DNA of 63,819 bases, counting the filler, from Folioceros fuciformis (lineage: Eukaryota), in the NCBI GenBank assembly GCA_049999805.1. It is 8 parts of 8 records of this genome, joined end to end, with 100 filler letters (N's around TTAATTAATTAA, not from the genome) between each part and the next. Parts side by side here need not be neighbours in the genome. Positions count along the whole stretch, not along the records: positions 54,099 to 61,505 come from JBNGIO010004002.1; positions 61,606 to 63,819 come from JBNGIO010004021.1; 6 more parts are not named here. One strand, written 5' to 3'. A program made the position numbers and the translations under genes. Of this stretch, positions 60,540 to 63,819 are shown in pieces. The first letter of the stretch is position 1. Every line of letters starts with the position of its first letter. Under the pieces are notes generated by a model, which worked only from the letters and a program-made list of their open reading frames with translations, searched no databases and was not told the DNA's origin.

Positions 60540-61505
60540 CTCTGGAGAAGTACTCTCCCCCTCCATCAGATCTTAGGCATTTGATGTGCCTACCTGTCTG
60601 CTTCTCAACCATCGCCTTGAAAGTATGAAAATGAGTGATCACTTCACTCTTTTCTTTCATGTAATAGACCCACACCTTCCTTGTGTGGTCGTCAATGAAG
60701 GTCACATAGAACTTGCATCCTCCGATTGATGCAGTCTGTGTAGGACCCCATACATCTGAATGCACAACGTCCAACACATGTCTGCTCACATGTTTGTCAT
60801 GGGGGAACGCATTCTTGGGCTGTTTCCCAAGTTGACATGCTTCATATACACCTTGCAGTCCATTTTCTATAAGCTTGGGTATGCCTGTGACAACCTTCTA
60901 ATGCTGCATGGACTTCAACTTCTGCACGTTCACATGTCCAATGAGTTTGTGCCACATCTCTAGGTCTATCACTACCCTTGTACCCTTTGCGAACATGGCT
61001 GACTTCAGCTTAGGAACCTCCACATTCAAGGGGAACATCCGTCCAACCTTCTGTCCTTGAGCAATCAGGCGACTGCCTTTCTTGCACTCTTCAACGAAGA
61101 GTCCTGCAGGTGTAAATCTAACCTACAGTCCTTGCTCAACCATCTGCCCAAGTGACACCAAGTTCTTTGTGATGTTGGGTACGTGAAGAACATCTACCAA
61201 GCACTTCACTTTGACATCCTGCATCTTCAGAGGTACAGTTCCTGTATGCACAATTGCATGTGTTGTGTCATCTCCAGTTTCCACATATCCAGGTTTATCA
61301 AGCACCTGCATTTCTTTGAACCACTCCCCATGGCATGTCATGTGGTTTGAAGCTCCTGAGTCCACATACCACACAATCTTACCATTGGTGGATCCATTAG
61401 CAGACACAGAGTTAAGCATATGCTGCATGACAAACAAGTTGTCCGAGTCATTCTGACTGCTACTAGAGGCATAATTGTTCTGTTGCCTCCTGCTTGTTGA
61501 GATGT
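60540..61505 (-). mobile_element. Ty1/copia pol remnant (protease, GAG-pre-integrase region, integrase N-terminal core)
   Basis: WYVDSGASNHMT, VLHVPNITKNLVSLGQ, WHKLIGHVN, HSDVWGP, FYVTFIDDHTRKVWVY and IKCLRSDGGGEY, with stops and frameshifts. Confidence 0.93.
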
Positions 61506-61605
61506 NNNNNNNNNNNNNNNNNNNNNNNNNNNNNNNNNNNNNNNNNNNNTTAATTAATTAANNNNNNNNNNNNNNNNNNNNNNNNNNNNNNNNNNNNNNN
61601 NNNNN
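61506..61605. other. Artificial contig-joining spacer
   Basis: N44-TTAATTAATTAA-N44. Confidence 0.97.
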
Positions 61606-61944
61606 TCTGAAGATCGCACGCTGGTGCTCGTCCTGCTGCCATCGCGAGGGCCATGTATGTGTTTGGCTTGTGTGCGAGGAGTTATTGTGCCGCGTGTGCC
61701 CGTGGTTGGTGGTTTTTCGCGTGTATACGGGCGTGTACGATGTTGTGTGTGTATTTATGGCTTATACCTCTTTTAACCTCGTTAGGTTAAGTGGGGGTGT
61801 TAAGGTGGAATTGTTTTAACCTAACTCGGTAGGTTAGTCTAATTTTTATTTAGGGTTAGACTTGACCTAGTATATAAACACATACACAAATGTTTTATTT
61901 TATTCAATATACAACTTTTGATATAAGCTTCCGCTATTACAAAC

Positions 61945-62880
61945 ACCAGGCCTGTATGTAGAAGGGGCTAGGGTTCTGAAGCTGTTTCTGTATGTACGTA
62001 TGGGCACAGGAGGGACGCGGGGCTACGGCCTACAATTGAGGACGCGCCTGGGACTCTACCACTACAGCTGGTGGGTGACAAGACTGCCCCACTGCTATGC
62101 GGAGGCAGTTCTGGAGGAACTGACGGAAGAGGANNNNNNNNNNNNNNNNNNNNNNNNNNNNNNNNNNNNNNNNNNNNNNNNNNNNNNNNNNNNNNNNNNN
62201 NNNNNNNNNNNNNNNNNNNNNNNNNNNNNNNNNAGAGAAGGAGGAGGAGTGGTGGACCACAGCGGCGGGACCCACCTGCGTCGCCAGCCAGGTCTAGCAG
62301 CAGCAGCGATGTGGAGATCCTCTGGGAGGATCTGCCGGACCAACGGAGGGGCAGAAGAGCGAGAGGAGGGACAGCAAGGGGTGACACGTGAAGGCTAGGA
62401 GGAAGCTGCCAGCGGCGTGGGAAAGGGCGATAGTAAATGCAGGCTAGAATAGGATTTTTTAGCATGCTTTATTTGGACCTAAGTCGCTCAGAATTTAAGA
62501 GCTCCCCTGCCTGACAAACTTTATGGCGGAAAAAACCGCCATCACCGTGTACAAGAGGCCGGTTTGAAGGCCTAAGGAATCAGCAAGAACCAGCCGAATA
62601 GTCGACCTTGCAGGGACCTAGCGATGGCCGTTGCTGGACAGGAGGTCCAAGCAAGCGAGCGCACGTAGCAACCTAACCTAGGGTGCGGGTGTAGGTGGTG
62701 GGCGCTCCGTGATCAAGTCCGGGGACGAATCGGGAGGAGGAGCCTCGCCGAGTGGGAGAGAAGCTCCCCAGCTATCCTCGAGGTGGTCACGTGGGGTGGT
62801 GCGGGTGTCGGAGCCGAATCCGTGAGTTCGGAGTGGAAGGGACTACTCTTCCCTTAGCCCCGGTACTTCACCATTCCTCA
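61945..62880 (+). mobile_element. Fragment of the B family: ORF2 and downstream non-coding region
   Basis: PGLYVEGARVLKLFLYVRMGTGGTRGYGLQLRTR..LPHCYAEAVLEELTEE is collinear with 49000-49890. Confidence 0.8.
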
Positions 62881-63819
62881 ACGTTAATAGGAGCCCAGAA
62901 GGGGGCACCGCTGAAAAGAAGACTGAAGAACAGGAGAAAGGAGAGCGTTGCTGGATGATGAGGTCGACATACACAATCTAGCAAAAGACGGGTAGGCTAC
63001 CTCTAGAGAAGACTTAAAAAAAAAAACTATTCTAAAGTCCTTTTTCTAAGAAACTCAAATTGAAGTTAATTAAAAAGGAGCTTCTAATTTTTATTTTTAT
63101 TTTTTTAAGGAAAAGGCCCAACTCAACGAACCGCCAACTTAAACACGACGAGGCGAACCGCCAACTTAAAAGGAAGGCCGAAACGCTAAGTTGCCGCAAC
63201 TCGATGCACGCCGCGACATGGGGAAAACGGGCACAAACTCTAAGCACATGTGGAAGAAGAATCCTCACGGGCAACCTTCCAGGCGCCGATCCAGATCTGT
63301 AAACCACACAAGAGCAGGGGAGCGCCCAGCGGCGAACAGCAAAAAACTAGGGATTGTGTCGTCCCGCCAGTGCCTACACCCCTTCAGATCTCAAACTGCT
63401 TCAGAGGAGAGGAACATCCCGCCGCGGGCGAGATGGCTTCGACGATGGCAAATACATGGCCACCAACGGGTCTCTGGTAGAAAGATCAGGCGCCCACCCT
63501 AGCCGTGAGGAGTGTGCTGCAAAATTTTTATCCACAAGATCTTCAACTGCTGAGAATCGCCTGCACACCTCTGCGTTTAAGTGAAGAAGAGACTCCACAA
63601 TTCCATTCACCACAGTCTTCAAATCTATGAGAGAAGCAAGGGATGCATGAATCACAGCAGAAACCTTCCGGCAAAGCGCTGAATCATCTGAATTGTGGAC
63701 ACGTGAGTCCCTAGCAAAAATTTTCGTTGTATCCCTTGTGTAATTCCTACACGAGTTCCGAAGAAAAGGTTGCCTCTGACTCTTGTGCACAATCCTATTA
63801 TGATCCCTAGAGCAAGGTA

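Noticed and set aside
63401-63790. 129-aa minus-strand ORF; also the acidic ORF at 45298-45555 and ORFs at 18438-18940
   Set aside because: No recognisable domain or splice structure; probably TE or pseudogene relics that I cannot identify.

Overview
Nuclear DNA from a land plant, most likely a non-seed plant such as a lycophyte or bryophyte (inferred from a HIP-type aquaporin and short introns). The window is not contiguous: it is eight assembly pieces joined by artificial 100-nt spacers (N44-TTAATTAATTAA-N44). Host genes: an intact 19-exon ARIA (ARM-repeat/BTB) gene on the minus strand (3705-9033), an intronless aquaporin with the H-H-A-R filter of Hybrid Intrinsic Proteins (33246-33974), and a partly resolved gene with an N-terminal SAP-like motif. 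There are decayed fragments of chloroplast GrpE, an LRR receptor kinase and a lipoxygenase. The rest is mostly nested mobile DNA: LTRs with iMet primer-binding sites, a solo LTR with a TSD, copia gag and pol remnants, and two L1-like LINE ORF1 copies. The most unusual feature is a large family of 3.9-4.5 kb TG...CA units. The best copy (46457-50997) has an imperfect 5-bp TSD and sits inside an inverted sister copy. These units look like giant solo LTRs, yet they carry protein-coding ORFs that are not gag or pol, plus conserved non-coding motifs that survive in ORF-less derivatives.
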